Below, in pieces: positions 36,949 through 45,908 of a DNA stretch of 64,000 bases (positions are counted from its first letter, which is position 1; every line of letters starts with the position of its first letter). The stretch comes from Acidimicrobiales bacterium (GTDB lineage Bacteria > Actinomycetota > Acidimicrobiia > Acidimicrobiales > DATDAH01). Location of the stretch: positions 1,721 to 65,720 of the forward strand of contig JBGAOY010000015.1 of NCBI GenBank assembly GCA_044221555.1. Direction: 5' to 3'. The notes below the pieces were generated by a model. The model was not told where the DNA came from and ran no database searches. It saw only the letters and a list, made by a program, of their open reading frames with translations. The translations under genes and the position numbers were made by a program.

Positions 36949-37919
36949 CCCTGCCCTGTCTGCTGTTGCGCTCGGTGCCACTCGACGGTTCGGGCGAAGC
37001 CCTCGGCGAAGCCGGTGCGGGGCCGCCACCCCAGGTCGCGCTCGATGCGGTGCCGGTCGGCCACCCACACGTCGGTGTCCCACGGCCTCGGGGCCATCGT
37101 GTCCCACGCGGGCTCCACGTCGACGCCCAGCACCTGTCGAGCCACCGCCACCGCCTCCCGCAAGGTCGTCTGCACGCCGGTGCCCACGTTGTACACCGGG
37201 CCGGGGGCCGGTCGCCCGGTGGCTCTCGTGCCCGAGGCGGTGGCCGCAGTGGCGGCGCCGGCGTCGGCGGTGGCGGCGGCCAGCACGAGGGCGTCGACCA
37301 CGTCGTCCACGTGCACGAAGTCGCGGGCGGTTCCCGGGTGGGCGAGCGGGGGCAGCCGGCCCTCGAGGGCGTGCTCGACCAGTTGCGGGACGAACCGGCG
37401 GGGGTCCTCCCACGGCCCGTACACCGAGTAGAGGCGCAGGGTGGTGAACCCGGCCAACCGGCAGGCCAGGGTGCCCCAGGCCTTGGTGAGCCCGTAGTAG
37501 CTGTCGGGCTGGGGGGCCTCGTCCTCGGTGGGCGCGTGGTCGCGGGGGCCGTACTCGGACGACGAGCCGGTGTTGACGAGCACCCTCACCCCGGCGGACA
37601 CGCAGGCGTGGACCAGGTTGTCGGTGCCGATCACGTTGGTGGCACGGATGGACGGCTCGTCGGTCTGCCACGGGTAGGCGCCGTGGGCGGCCAGGTGGAA
37701 CACCTGGTCGGGGGCCATCACGTGCACCAGCGCGGCCAACTCGTCGCGGGCGCCCAGGTCGACCTCGCGCCAGTGGAGGTCGTCGAGCACGTCGTCGAGG
37801 CGCCAGGTGTGGTGTTCGGGGCGGACGAGCAGGTGCACCTCGTGGCCCTCGGCCAGCAGGCGTCGCACCAGGTTGGCACCGACGAACCCGGTGCCACCGG
37901 TCACCGCCACCCGGGCCAT
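36945..37919 (-). CDS. NAD-dependent epimerase/dehydratase (extended SDR)
   Basis: VTGGTGFVG, FHLAA, TGSSSEYG, YYGLTK, RDFVHVDD. Confidence 0.9.
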   Translation of the reverse strand: MARVAVTGGTGFVGANLVRRLLAEGHEVHLLVRPEHHTWRLDDVLDDLHWREVDLGARDELAALVHVMAPDQVFHLAAHGAYPWQTDEPSIRATNVIGTDNLVHACVSAGVRVLVNTGSSSEYGPRDHAPTEDEAPQPDSYYGLTKAWGTLACRLAGFTTLRLYSVYGPWEDPRRFVPQLVEHALEGRLPPLAHPGTARDFVHVDDVVDALVLAAATADAGAATAATASGTRATGRPAPGPVYNVGTGVQTTLREAVAVARQVLGVDVEPAWDTMAPRPWDTDVWVADRHRIERDLGWRPRTGFAEGFARTVEWHRAQQQTGQG

Positions 37920-38088
37920 CAGCGGGCCGGGCCGGGCACCCGCCGGCCCACCGGTCGGAACCGTCCAGGTCGTCGGGCCCGCCGGTCGTCGTGGCCCGAC
38001 GTGGGGGCGGCGTCCCTGGCCCGGCAACGCGCCACCAGCGCGGCGGCCGTTCGAGGTGGGGCGGACTCGGCCCGCGTGGAGCGACGGC

Positions 38089-38122
38089 CCATCAGTCGAG
38101 GAACGCCATCAGTCCAGGAACG
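38089..38122. repeat. 17-bp tandem duplication of the sulfotransferase-like gene end
   Basis: CCATCAGTCGAGGAACG followed by CCATCAGTCCAGGAACG (1 mismatch). Confidence 0.9.
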
Positions 38123-39044
38123 ACGTGTAGCCGAAGGCGTCGAGGTACTGCCACGTGGCCGAGCGCACCCGCTCGACCTCGTCGGCGGTGAGCTCGGCCG
38201 CCGTGGCCCGGTTGGCCTCGGGGGTGGCGGCCCGGATGGTGCCCCACGGGTACACCTCGTCGAGGGGCTCGCCGTTCCAGCTGGGCGCGGCCAGGGCCGG
38301 GTGCGGCTCGAGCCCGAGCGCCTCGCACACCGGGGTGAGCGCCTCGAGGGCGTCGGCCATCACGTCCTCGGCCCGCACCACGTGCACCCGGCCGGGGTAC
38401 CGCTGCTGGCCCAGCAGGGCCTGGTACTGGCAGGTGGTCCACGCCTGCAGGTAGGCGTCGATCGCCATCGGCACGGGGCGCTTCTTGGTGTCGGCGTAGG
38501 CCGACCAGGGGTTGCGCACCACGTGCAGCACGTGGGCGCCGGGCAGGTCGCCGAGGATGCGGTCGGCGTCGACGGTGATGATGGGGCTGTAGCCCACGTA
38601 CACCTGCTCGTCGCCGCTCGACCGCCAGTCGCGCCACGTCTCGAAGGTGGCGCGGAAGAAGGCGGCCACGTTGGCGGCCCGTGACCGGCCCGACGCCTCG
38701 ACCAGCCGGCAGTAGGCGGCGGCCCGCTCGTCGTCGTCGAGGTCGAAGGCCACGTGGCGGAACTTGCTGACGTGGGGGGTGCGGGCCCGCACCTTGGTCT
38801 CCTCGTCGATGATGGCGCGGAAGTCCTGTGCAGGGCCGGCGTCGAGCGCGAACTCGGGCCAGCGGTACTTCACCGGGAACATCGCGGCCAGCCCGTCGTG
38901 CACGTGCCGCGTGCCCACCTGGGACTCGAACGGGTACACGGCCAGCTGGGGGTGGCCGTCGAGCGACCGGTGGGTGACGTTGCCGCCGTTCTCGTACATG
39001 GCGCCCAGCATGAGCAGGCGGAAGTCGGTGGCGTCGGCGCTCAT
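38109..39044 (-). CDS. Sulfotransferase-fold protein with divergent 5'-PSB loop
   Basis: N-terminal LMLGAMYENGGNVTHRSLDGHPQL, VLHVVRNPWSAY, VVRAEDVMAD; start overlaps upstream stop. Confidence 0.65.
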   Translation of the reverse strand: MSADATDFRLLMLGAMYENGGNVTHRSLDGHPQLAVYPFESQVGTRHVHDGLAAMFPVKYRWPEFALDAGPAQDFRAIIDEETKVRARTPHVSKFRHVAFDLDDDERAAAYCRLVEASGRSRAANVAAFFRATFETWRDWRSSGDEQVYVGYSPIITVDADRILGDLPGAHVLHVVRNPWSAYADTKKRPVPMAIDAYLQAWTTCQYQALLGQQRYPGRVHVVRAEDVMADALEALTPVCEALGLEPHPALAAPSWNGEPLDEVYPWGTIRAATPEANRATAAELTADEVERVRSATWQYLDAFGYTSFLD

Positions 39045-40174
39045 GACGCAGGTCCCTTCACCTGGAAATCGTAGAACAGGCGTCGCCGGCGGGCGGCACC
39101 CCGGCCGGGTCCGGCCGGCAGCCCGCTCGTGAGGTCGGTGGGGATGGGTTCGATGGCGAACAGCTGGTCCCCGGCGGGCCAGCGCAGGCTGGAGACCACC
39201 TGACCGCTGTCCAGGTTGACTGCGTGGATGCCACAGACGCAGCGATCGGGGTCGAGCCCGGGCGCGTAACGTTCGAAGCGCGGGAGTACGCGGGACGTTC
39301 CGACGAAGGCCATGCCGCCGCAAACGGCAATGCCGCGGGTCCAGCCGGGGAGTGTGGCAATGGGTGTGCAATCGCCGGTGCGAGTGTCGACGCGCACCAC
39401 TTCGCCGTACCCGCTGTTCGCCACGATCAGGTTCGTCCTGTCGAGGAGCCTCGCTGAATGGGGGCGAGTCAGGCCGCGTGCGATGGGAGCTCGACCTGCG
39501 CCCGAGAACACCACGCCGCGTCCGTCGACCGGAAAGTCGCGGTGACCGGGCCGGCGCCGGCCCGGCGCTTCGGTCGACGCGGTGAAGTAGGAGGTCCTCA
39601 GAGAGTGACCAGCGGCGATCGAGTTCAACTGGAGGTGGTTGATCGTGAAGGCGTCGTCCCGGTCGTCGAGGCATGCCGGCCACCAGGTCCGCTCGTAGGA
39701 CCCGTCCGACCGGACAGGGCCGACCGAGTTCTCGCCGACGGCGTTCGCCGAGAGGCGGCCGCCCACCATCGCCAGGTCGTGCAGGTAGAGCCGCCCCGGG
39801 AGCGTGCGACTGCGAACGGGGACGAGTGGGCCCGCTCCATCGCCCCAACCGGGCGCGTCGACGGGAACGAGGTCGTGCACCTGGTTGGGGTTTCGGGTGC
39901 AGGCCACGTGGACCACGCCACGTTTGGCGTCGAACGCCAATCCCGACGGGTGGGGGAGTGGGAGATGGGTCACCTCACCTCGTCCACCCACCCCGGCAAC
40001 GGCGAGCAGGAGGTGCTCGTACTCGCGCGTGACGAGCAGCGTCACGTCGAGTGCGTCCAGCAGGTCCCAGAACGGGCCTTGCACCCGGTGCCGCAGGAGC
40101 ACGGGATCGACGGCGGACTCCCAGCCGCCCACCACGTCGAGGGGATCGCGCCAGGCGGCGTCGGCGTCACTCAC
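39041..40174 (-). CDS. TIGR03032/DUF4915-like beta-propeller protein
   Basis: LHDLA, HLQLNSIA, GLTRPHSARL, NSGYGEV, GWTRGIA...AFVGTSR; GGAAGG SD before GTG 40174. Confidence 0.75.
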   Translation of the reverse strand: MSDADAAWRDPLDVVGGWESAVDPVLLRHRVQGPFWDLLDALDVTLLVTREYEHLLLAVAGVGGRGEVTHLPLPHPSGLAFDAKRGVVHVACTRNPNQVHDLVPVDAPGWGDGAGPLVPVRSRTLPGRLYLHDLAMVGGRLSANAVGENSVGPVRSDGSYERTWWPACLDDRDDAFTINHLQLNSIAAGHSLRTSYFTASTEAPGRRRPGHRDFPVDGRGVVFSGAGRAPIARGLTRPHSARLLDRTNLIVANSGYGEVVRVDTRTGDCTPIATLPGWTRGIAVCGGMAFVGTSRVLPRFERYAPGLDPDRCVCGIHAVNLDSGQVVSSLRWPAGDQLFAIEPIPTDLTSGLPAGPGRGAARRRRLFYDFQVKGPAS

Positions 40175-40210
40175 GTCGCGCCTTCCCACACTGAAACGAC
40201 TTGACGGCGA

Positions 40211-40254
40211 TTCTGGAGGAAACACCAGTCACCCGTGACTGGTAGTTCCCCCAA
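40211..40254. repeat. Short REP-like palindrome
   Basis: ACCAGTCAC-cc-GTGACTGGT perfect core (40224-40243) with imperfect GGAGGAA/TTCCCCC flanks. Confidence 0.55.
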
Positions 40255-40282
40255 AGACCCGAGGGACGGCGGCGCGCGGGGA

Positions 40283-40963
40283 TCACCGGAACTGCCGCCG
40301 CAGCTCGAAGGCGCCCCGGTAGAGCCGCAGGGCCGTGCGCACATCGGTGGTCGACCGGCCGCCGTGGCGCCGGCTGGAGAACAGGGGCAGCTCGATCATC
40401 GGGTAGCCCTCGGCCCGGCAGATCAGGGCGAACTCGGTGTCGATCAGATCGTCGTCGCGGGTGAGCTGCAGCAGGCATTCGAACGCGCGGGGGAACACCT
40501 TGGGGGTGCCGTTGATGTCCCACGCCGACAGGTCGAACAGTGCCCGGCACTCCAGGTTGTAGAGCAGCGAGCCCAGGCGCCGGGTGCGGCCCTCACGGAT
40601 CTTGCGGTTGGCCTTCACCACGACGTCGGGCAGCACGGCGGCGTAGTGCAGGGCCTGGCGCAGGTCGTCGGGGTCGGTGCGCGCCGTGTTGGTGTAGCAG
40701 AGGGTGTCCCCGGAGGCCTGGGCGAGGCCATGACGCACCGCGGCACCCCACCCGCCCCTCGGGCTGGGAAGTGACCGCACCACCTCGTGGCGGTCGGCCA
40801 GGCCGGCGCAGATCGCCTCGGAGTCGTCCCGGCTGCCGTTGGGGATCAGGAGCAGCTCGGCGGACGCAGGGAGCCCCCCCACCGCCTCGACGTACTCGTC
40901 CACCACCAACCCGATGTGGTCGGCCTGGTTGTGGACGGGGAGGACCACGGAGATCTCAGGCAT
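40283..40963 (-). CDS. GT2 glycosyltransferase (polyprenyl-phosphate glycosyltransferase-like)
   Basis: SVVLPVHNQAD, NGSRDDS, GWGAAVRHG, DTEF. Confidence 0.8.
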   Translation of the reverse strand: MPEISVVLPVHNQADHIGLVVDEYVEAVGGLPASAELLLIPNGSRDDSEAICAGLADRHEVVRSLPSPRGGWGAAVRHGLAQASGDTLCYTNTARTDPDDLRQALHYAAVLPDVVVKANRKIREGRTRRLGSLLYNLECRALFDLSAWDINGTPKVFPRAFECLLQLTRDDDLIDTEFALICRAEGYPMIELPLFSSRRHGGRSTTDVRTALRLYRGAFELRRQFR

Positions 40964-41927
40964 CGGGCCCGTGTCCTGCCGCGAGCGCCTCGGTGACGAC
41001 CGTGACGAGGGCCGCGGCGCTGAGGCCGGCGCGCTCGTGGAACCACGCCTGGCTCCCGACGGGCCCGCCGGGCCGGAGGCGCACGCCCTGGCGGATCAGC
41101 CGGCACCCGAGGCCGTGGTCGGCCACCACCTCGGCCACCAGCGAGCCCAACCCGCCGACGGCGTGGTGGGCCTCGGCGGTGACCACCAGGGGCACGCCGC
41201 GGAGGAGGCGCACCAGGTCGTCCACCGGGGCCGGGGCGATGCTCGCCGCCACCACGGAGGTGCACGCCACACCGTCGGCCCGCAGCCTGGCGGCGGCCTG
41301 CTCCACCGCCACGGCCACCGCGCCGGTCGACACGATGACCACCCGGTCGCCGCCGGCCGGATCGGCGGCGGCGTCCTGGTCGGTGCCGTGCACCACCTCG
41401 GCCCGGCCCAGCGTGAAGCGGCCGTCCAGGCCAGGCACGGTGGTGGTGTCGTCCTTGCCCACCCGGTAGTAGACGGGGCCCGGCAGGTCCCAGGTGGCTC
41501 GCACCGCGGTCTCCAGTTGGCGGTGGTCGGCCGGGGCCAGCACGGTGAGGCCGGGCAGCAGGCGCAGCACGCCGAGGTCCTCGAGGCCGTGGTGGGTGGC
41601 GCCCTGCACCCCGTAGTCGAACCCCCCGCCCACGCCGATCATCCGCACCGGCAGGCCGTGCAGCACGGGGCCGTTGCGGATGAACTCGTACGGGCGCAGC
41701 GACGCGAACGTGGCCAGCGAGTAGGTGAACGGGACCAGGCCGGCCTCGGCCAGGCCTGTGGCCAGGCCGATCATGTTCTGCTCGGCCACACCGACGTTGA
41801 AGAACCGCTCGGGGAACCGCTCGGCGAACGGCTCGACCACCGTGAAGCCGAGGTCGCCGGTGAGCAGCACGACCCGCGGGTCGCGCTCGGCCAGGTCGAC
41901 CAGCGTGTCGAGGAGGGCGCGGCGCAT
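40956..41927 (-). CDS. Transketolase-like C-terminal subunit
   Basis: LTGDLG, RFFNVGVAEQNMIG, GATHH, EAHHAVGGLG. Confidence 0.9.
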   Translation of the reverse strand: MRRALLDTLVDLAERDPRVVLLTGDLGFTVVEPFAERFPERFFNVGVAEQNMIGLATGLAEAGLVPFTYSLATFASLRPYEFIRNGPVLHGLPVRMIGVGGGFDYGVQGATHHGLEDLGVLRLLPGLTVLAPADHRQLETAVRATWDLPGPVYYRVGKDDTTTVPGLDGRFTLGRAEVVHGTDQDAAADPAGGDRVVIVSTGAVAVAVEQAAARLRADGVACTSVVAASIAPAPVDDLVRLLRGVPLVVTAEAHHAVGGLGSLVAEVVADHGLGCRLIRQGVRLRPGGPVGSQAWFHERAGLSAAALVTVVTEALAAGHGPDA

Positions 41928-41936
41928 GCGTCCGCC

Positions 41937-42749
41937 CTAGCGGGCGGTGACCTCGTCGAGCGCCTGGAGGAACTGGCTGTCGGACATGGGCCAGTAGTGC
42001 CAGCCCAACTGCCCCTCCATGAACGACACGCCCTTGGCGAACACCGTGCGGGCCACCAGCACGTGCGGCGCGCCGGCGTGGGGGTCGAGGCCGCCCAGCG
42101 TGTCGGCGAGCCCGGCGGCGTCGTGCCCGTCGACCTCGTGCACGTCCCAGCCGAACGCCCGCCACCGCTCGGCCAGGGGGTCGAGCGAAAGGACCTGCTC
42201 GGTGCGCCCGAGGGCCTGCTGGCCGTTCAGGTCGACCACCGCGACGAGGTTCCCCAGGCGGTGGTGAGCGGCGAACATCACCGCCTCCCACACCGCGCCC
42301 TCGTTGCACTCGGCGTCGCTGAGCAGGGCGAAGGCCCGCCGCTCGGAGCCCTGCAGGCGCCCGGCCAGGGCCGCGCCGGCGGCCAGCGAGAGCCCCTGAC
42401 CCAGTGAGCCGGTGGAGAAGTCGATCCCCGGCAGGGCCACGTCGGGGTGCACCCCGAGCAGGGTGCCGTCGCCGCAGAAGGTGTCGAGGTCGTCCTGGTC
42501 GATCCAGCCGCTGAGCAGCAGCGCTGCGTAGAAGGCCAGCACCGCGTGGCCCTTGGAGATGACCACGCGGTCGCGGTCGTCGTCGTCGGGGTCCACCCCC
42601 GCCAGCACGCCGCCGTACAGCGCGGCCACGATGTCGGCCACGCACAGCGCAGAGCCGATGTGGCCCACGCCGGCCCGGTGCGACTGCTCGAGCACGATGC
42701 GCCGGATCTCGCGAGCCATCGGCGCGAGGGCCCCGGTCGGCCCGGTCAT
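41937..42749 (-). CDS. Transketolase-like N-terminal (ThDP-binding) subunit
   Basis: GHIGSAL, SKGHA, GVHP, STGSLGQGLS, SDAECNEG..WEA...DLNGQQ, TVFAKG. Confidence 0.9.
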   Translation of the reverse strand: MTGPTGALAPMAREIRRIVLEQSHRAGVGHIGSALCVADIVAALYGGVLAGVDPDDDDRDRVVISKGHAVLAFYAALLLSGWIDQDDLDTFCGDGTLLGVHPDVALPGIDFSTGSLGQGLSLAAGAALAGRLQGSERRAFALLSDAECNEGAVWEAVMFAAHHRLGNLVAVVDLNGQQALGRTEQVLSLDPLAERWRAFGWDVHEVDGHDAAGLADTLGGLDPHAGAPHVLVARTVFAKGVSFMEGQLGWHYWPMSDSQFLQALDEVTAR

Positions 42750-44134
42750 CGGGACGCCTCGGCCAGCACGTCGGACCAGAGCACCACCGTCTCGCCCGGT
42801 CGGGGCTCGAGCTCGGCGGCGTCGTTGGCGGTGCGCAGGTTGCCGTCCTTCGCGCCGAACCACACCCACTGGGCCCACTTCCCGTGACCGCCGGAGATGC
42901 CCAGCACGCCGTTGCGGTACGGCGGTGTGGGCCCCACCACGAAGTCGCGCCGGGACGCGTCGGGGTAGTGGCGCTCGAGGTAGCGCAGCAGCGCCACGGA
43001 GTCGTCGCCGGCCTGGCTCCACGACCGGAGCCCCACGACGGTGCCGACGAGGCACACCGCGACGAACGTGACCGCGGCCGTGAGGCCGAGCGCGCGGCTG
43101 TGCTGGCGGGCGAAGCGGTAGAGCCCCACCGCGACCAGCGCCGAGCCGATGCTCGACACCGCGTACAACCGGTCGGCCACGCCGTGCGAGGCGATGGGGA
43201 GGGTGATGGCGACCCATGCGCCCACTGCCATCACCGCCAGCCCCACGACCACGAGGCCGGGGCCCGACTCACGGCCCCGCTCGCCACGCGCCCACGCCAC
43301 CACCGCCACCACCGTGGCCACCAGGGTGATGGCGAGCGCCGAGAACCGGAGCACGGACGGGGCGTCGGCGGTGGCGAAGAGCCCGCTGCCGAAGTGGGCC
43401 GACCAGAACACCACGGGGTTGGGCACCAGCACCTCGGGGTCGTACACGGAGTTGGCCGCCGACCACACAGCCGCCAGCGCCACCGCGCCGGCCACCACGC
43501 CCCGCTGCCACGGTCGCACCGAGCGGGGTGCGGGGACCCGTTGCCACGTCGCCGGCAGGAGGACGGCGCCGAGCAGCAGCACGGGCGTGGACAGCTCGTA
43601 GCACAGCACCGACAGCGGCAGCACCAGCGCAGCCGCTTCCCAGCGGCCCCGCGTCAGGAGCAGCAGGCCACCCAGGGCGAGGGTCATCCCCACCAGCGAG
43701 TTGGTGGTGGAGCCCCACACGGTGATGGTCGTGTGGGTGGGGAGCAGCACCCACACCGCGGCGACGGCCAGGGCCGTGGTGGGCAACACGAACCGGGTCA
43801 GCACCGCGTAGAGGGCCAGCACCACGGCCAGGTACAGCACGCTGACGACGGCGAACAGGGCGACGGGATGCAGGCCCGCGAGGCGGAAGACCGCGGTGAA
43901 CACCACCCACGAGCCGGGCCGGCTCGCGAGGATGAAGTGGCCCTGACGGCCGTCGAGCAGCTCGGCGCCGGCCAGGCTCCAGTCGTCGCTCACGAAGCCG
44001 GGACCGAGCGCGAGGTAGACCGCGGCCCGCGCGCCCACCAGCGCCGCCAGCACGCCGGCGGCCAGCAGGTGGGGACGGGCGAGCGGCGGGCTAGAAGGGC
44101 TGCGGCGGGGTGGAGCCGTGGGTCGGCGAGTCAT
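42746..44134 (-). CDS. GT-C-like polytopic membrane protein (paralogue B); start uncertain
   Basis: GFVSDDWSL, SRPG, CYEL, FWSAHFG, DRLYA, SWSQAGDD shared with 35428-36948. Confidence 0.65.
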   Translation of the reverse strand: MTRRPTAPPRRSPSSPPLARPHLLAAGVLAALVGARAAVYLALGPGFVSDDWSLAGAELLDGRQGHFILASRPGSWVVFTAVFRLAGLHPVALFAVVSVLYLAVVLALYAVLTRFVLPTTALAVAAVWVLLPTHTTITVWGSTTNSLVGMTLALGGLLLLTRGRWEAAALVLPLSVLCYELSTPVLLLGAVLLPATWQRVPAPRSVRPWQRGVVAGAVALAAVWSAANSVYDPEVLVPNPVVFWSAHFGSGLFATADAPSVLRFSALAITLVATVVAVVAWARGERGRESGPGLVVVGLAVMAVGAWVAITLPIASHGVADRLYAVSSIGSALVAVGLYRFARQHSRALGLTAAVTFVAVCLVGTVVGLRSWSQAGDDSVALLRYLERHYPDASRRDFVVGPTPPYRNGVLGISGGHGKWAQWVWFGAKDGNLRTANDAAELEPRPGETVVLWSDVLAEASR

Positions 44135-44549
44135 CGCCCTCCTGCATCTTCAGGAACGCCCCCGCGCACACGCCGGCCGCGGCGAGCAGCGCCAGGAAGA
44201 GGCCGAACTTGCGGTCGAGGTCGGTGCCGAGCCCGGTGTCGTCACCGAGCAGGAGCCGGAGCAGCACGAGCACGGCGGCCACGCCGGCGCCGATCAGCAG
44301 CACCTGGCTGAGCGGCAGCGGGAGGTCGGGCAGGGTGACGTTGTCGGCGAAGCGGGTGATCAGGACGATGGCCGCCGCCGCCATGATGAGCAGCAGCGGG
44401 ATGACGCCGGTGAAGAAGTAGCTCCACCCACTGCGGTTGAAGGCCCCGAAGCCGGAGATGCCGTACCAGGGCAGGAACATCGTGATCAGGTACACGATGC
44501 CCGAGCCCACGAGCACCTTGTCGCCGGTGGTGAGTGCTTCCAGATCCAT
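44091..44549 (-). CDS. Small 4-TM membrane protein
   Basis: Hydrophobic, FLPWY motif; GGAGG SD. Confidence 0.75.
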   Translation of the reverse strand: MDLEALTTGDKVLVGSGIVYLITMFLPWYGISGFGAFNRSGWSYFFTGVIPLLLIMAAAAIVLITRFADNVTLPDLPLPLSQVLLIGAGVAAVLVLLRLLLGDDTGLGTDLDRKFGLFLALLAAAGVCAGAFLKMQEGDDSPTHGSTPPQPF

Positions 44550-44573
44550 ACGAGGGTTACCTCCGCTTGCGGT

Positions 44574-45083
44574 TCAGTGCGATGGGGACGAGGTGCGGTC
44601 GTCGGCCGCCGCCACGAGGTGCGCTCGGGCGTCGAGGGCGCCGGCACCCGCCATGCCACCGGCCGCCACGAGCGCCACGAGGATGCCATACGACGGCTCC
44701 ATCTCGATCGTGGCATGGAACACCAGGGCGGCGGCGTTCCCGGGCGCGGGTTGTCCGAGCACGAGCCCGGCCACGACGAGCGCGAGGGCGGTGACCCCGA
44801 GGGCGACGGGCACCCACCAGGGCAGGTCGGGCCGGCCGCCGTCGCGTGCGACGCGCGGCGCCGCCAGCACGACCGCGAGCACGACGCCGAGCAGCAGGGG
44901 GAGCCACGACCAGGGCACCGAGACGTCCCACCCGTTGGCGGTGGCGAGGGGCACGCCCTCGAGCAGCCCGGTCGTGTCGCCGTGCACCGCCGGCCGGAAC
45001 CACGGCAGGAACATGGCGACGGAGAACACCAGCACCGACACGACGGCCAGGATCGCAGCGGCCCCGGGGTCGTGGTCGTGCAT
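44574..45083 (-). CDS. Small 4-TM membrane protein, probable paralogue of 44091-44549
   Basis: FLPWF...NGW motif; TAGGTT -10 7 nt before ATG 45083. Confidence 0.65.
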   Translation of the reverse strand: MHDHDPGAAAILAVVSVLVFSVAMFLPWFRPAVHGDTTGLLEGVPLATANGWDVSVPWSWLPLLLGVVLAVVLAAPRVARDGGRPDLPWWVPVALGVTALALVVAGLVLGQPAPGNAAALVFHATIEMEPSYGILVALVAAGGMAGAGALDARAHLVAAADDRTSSPSH

Positions 45084-45148
45084 CGGCGCCAACCTACTCG
45101 ACGCCATCCGGGACGAGCCCCCGACGGCGAGGGATCACACCCCGCACG

Positions 45149-45312
45149 AGTGCCCCGTCAGACAACCTATGCGTGTTCTCGACGGCCGGATGACGCCGCT
45201 CGCTGCGTTCCGCTTCGTCGCCGAACGCAGAAGAGTGGGACTCCTCAGCGCGCCTTGCGAGCGACGCCCCCGGCTCGCCGACAACAGGGCAAACGTTGCC
45301 TGACGGAGCACT
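45149..45312. mobile_element. MITE/REP-like 164-bp foldback element
   Basis: Terminal inverted repeats AGTGCCCCGTCAGACAAC / revcomp AGTGCTCCGTCAGGCAAC (16/18), imperfect pairing continues inward, internal hairpins TGCGTTC/GAACGCA and GAGT/ACTC; no ORF. Confidence 0.6.
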
Positions 45313-45326
45313 AGTAGGTTCAGACC

Positions 45327-45908
45327 GTGCGCATAGCGGTGCTGGCATCGGGCAGCGGGACCATCCTCGAGGCCATCCTCGCGGCCGACCTCGCGGTGGC
45401 CCTGGTGCTGGTCGACCGGCCCTGCCGGGCCACGCAGGTGGCCGCAGAGCACGGCGTGCCCGCCGAGTTGGTCGAGCGTGACGGGTTCGGGCCCGACTTC
45501 GACCGCGACGCCTACACCCGGCGGGTGGTCGAGGTGCTGCGGGCCCACGAGATCGACCTGGTCGTGATGGCCGGCTTCGGCACCATCCTGGCCGAGCCCG
45601 TGCACGCCGCCTACCCGTCGCGCATCCTCAACACCCACCCGGCGCTGCTGCCGGCGTTCAAGGGCTGGCACGCCGTCGAGGCGGCGCTGGATGCCGGGGT
45701 GAAGGTGACCGGCTGTACGGTCCACCTGGCCACCCTCGAGGTGGACGAGGGCCCGATCCTGGCCCAGGAGGCGGTGCCGGTGCTCCCCGACGACACCGTG
45801 GACACCCTGCACGAGCGCATCAAGGACGTCGAGCGCCGGCTCTACCCGGCCACCATCCGCGCGGTCGTCGACGACGCCGCCCTGCTGACCCCCACGAGGA
45901 ACCAATGA
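45327..45908 (+). CDS. purN: Phosphoribosylglycinamide formyltransferase
   Basis: AVLASGSGT, LAGF-like MAGFG, LNTHPALLPAFKG, TGCTVH, DEGPIL. Confidence 0.97.
   Translation: MRIAVLASGSGTILEAILAADLAVALVLVDRPCRATQVAAEHGVPAELVERDGFGPDFDRDAYTRRVVEVLRAHEIDLVVMAGFGTILAEPVHAAYPSRILNTHPALLPAFKGWHAVEAALDAGVKVTGCTVHLATLEVDEGPILAQEAVPVLPDDTVDTLHERIKDVERRLYPATIRAVVDDAALLTPTRNQ

Noticed and set aside
40956-42749. Frameshifted transketolase pseudogene
   Set aside because: Both halves are intact, have their own ATG and match the common two-gene split form
45149-45326. ZTP (pfl) riboswitch before purNH, or c-di-GMP-I riboswitch (ACAGGGCAAAC and AAGAGTGGGAC both occur)
   Set aside because: No ZTP consensus recognised; the two c-di-GMP-I-like strings are in the wrong order and GCAAAG is absent; purN looks leaderless. 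cmsearch would settle it
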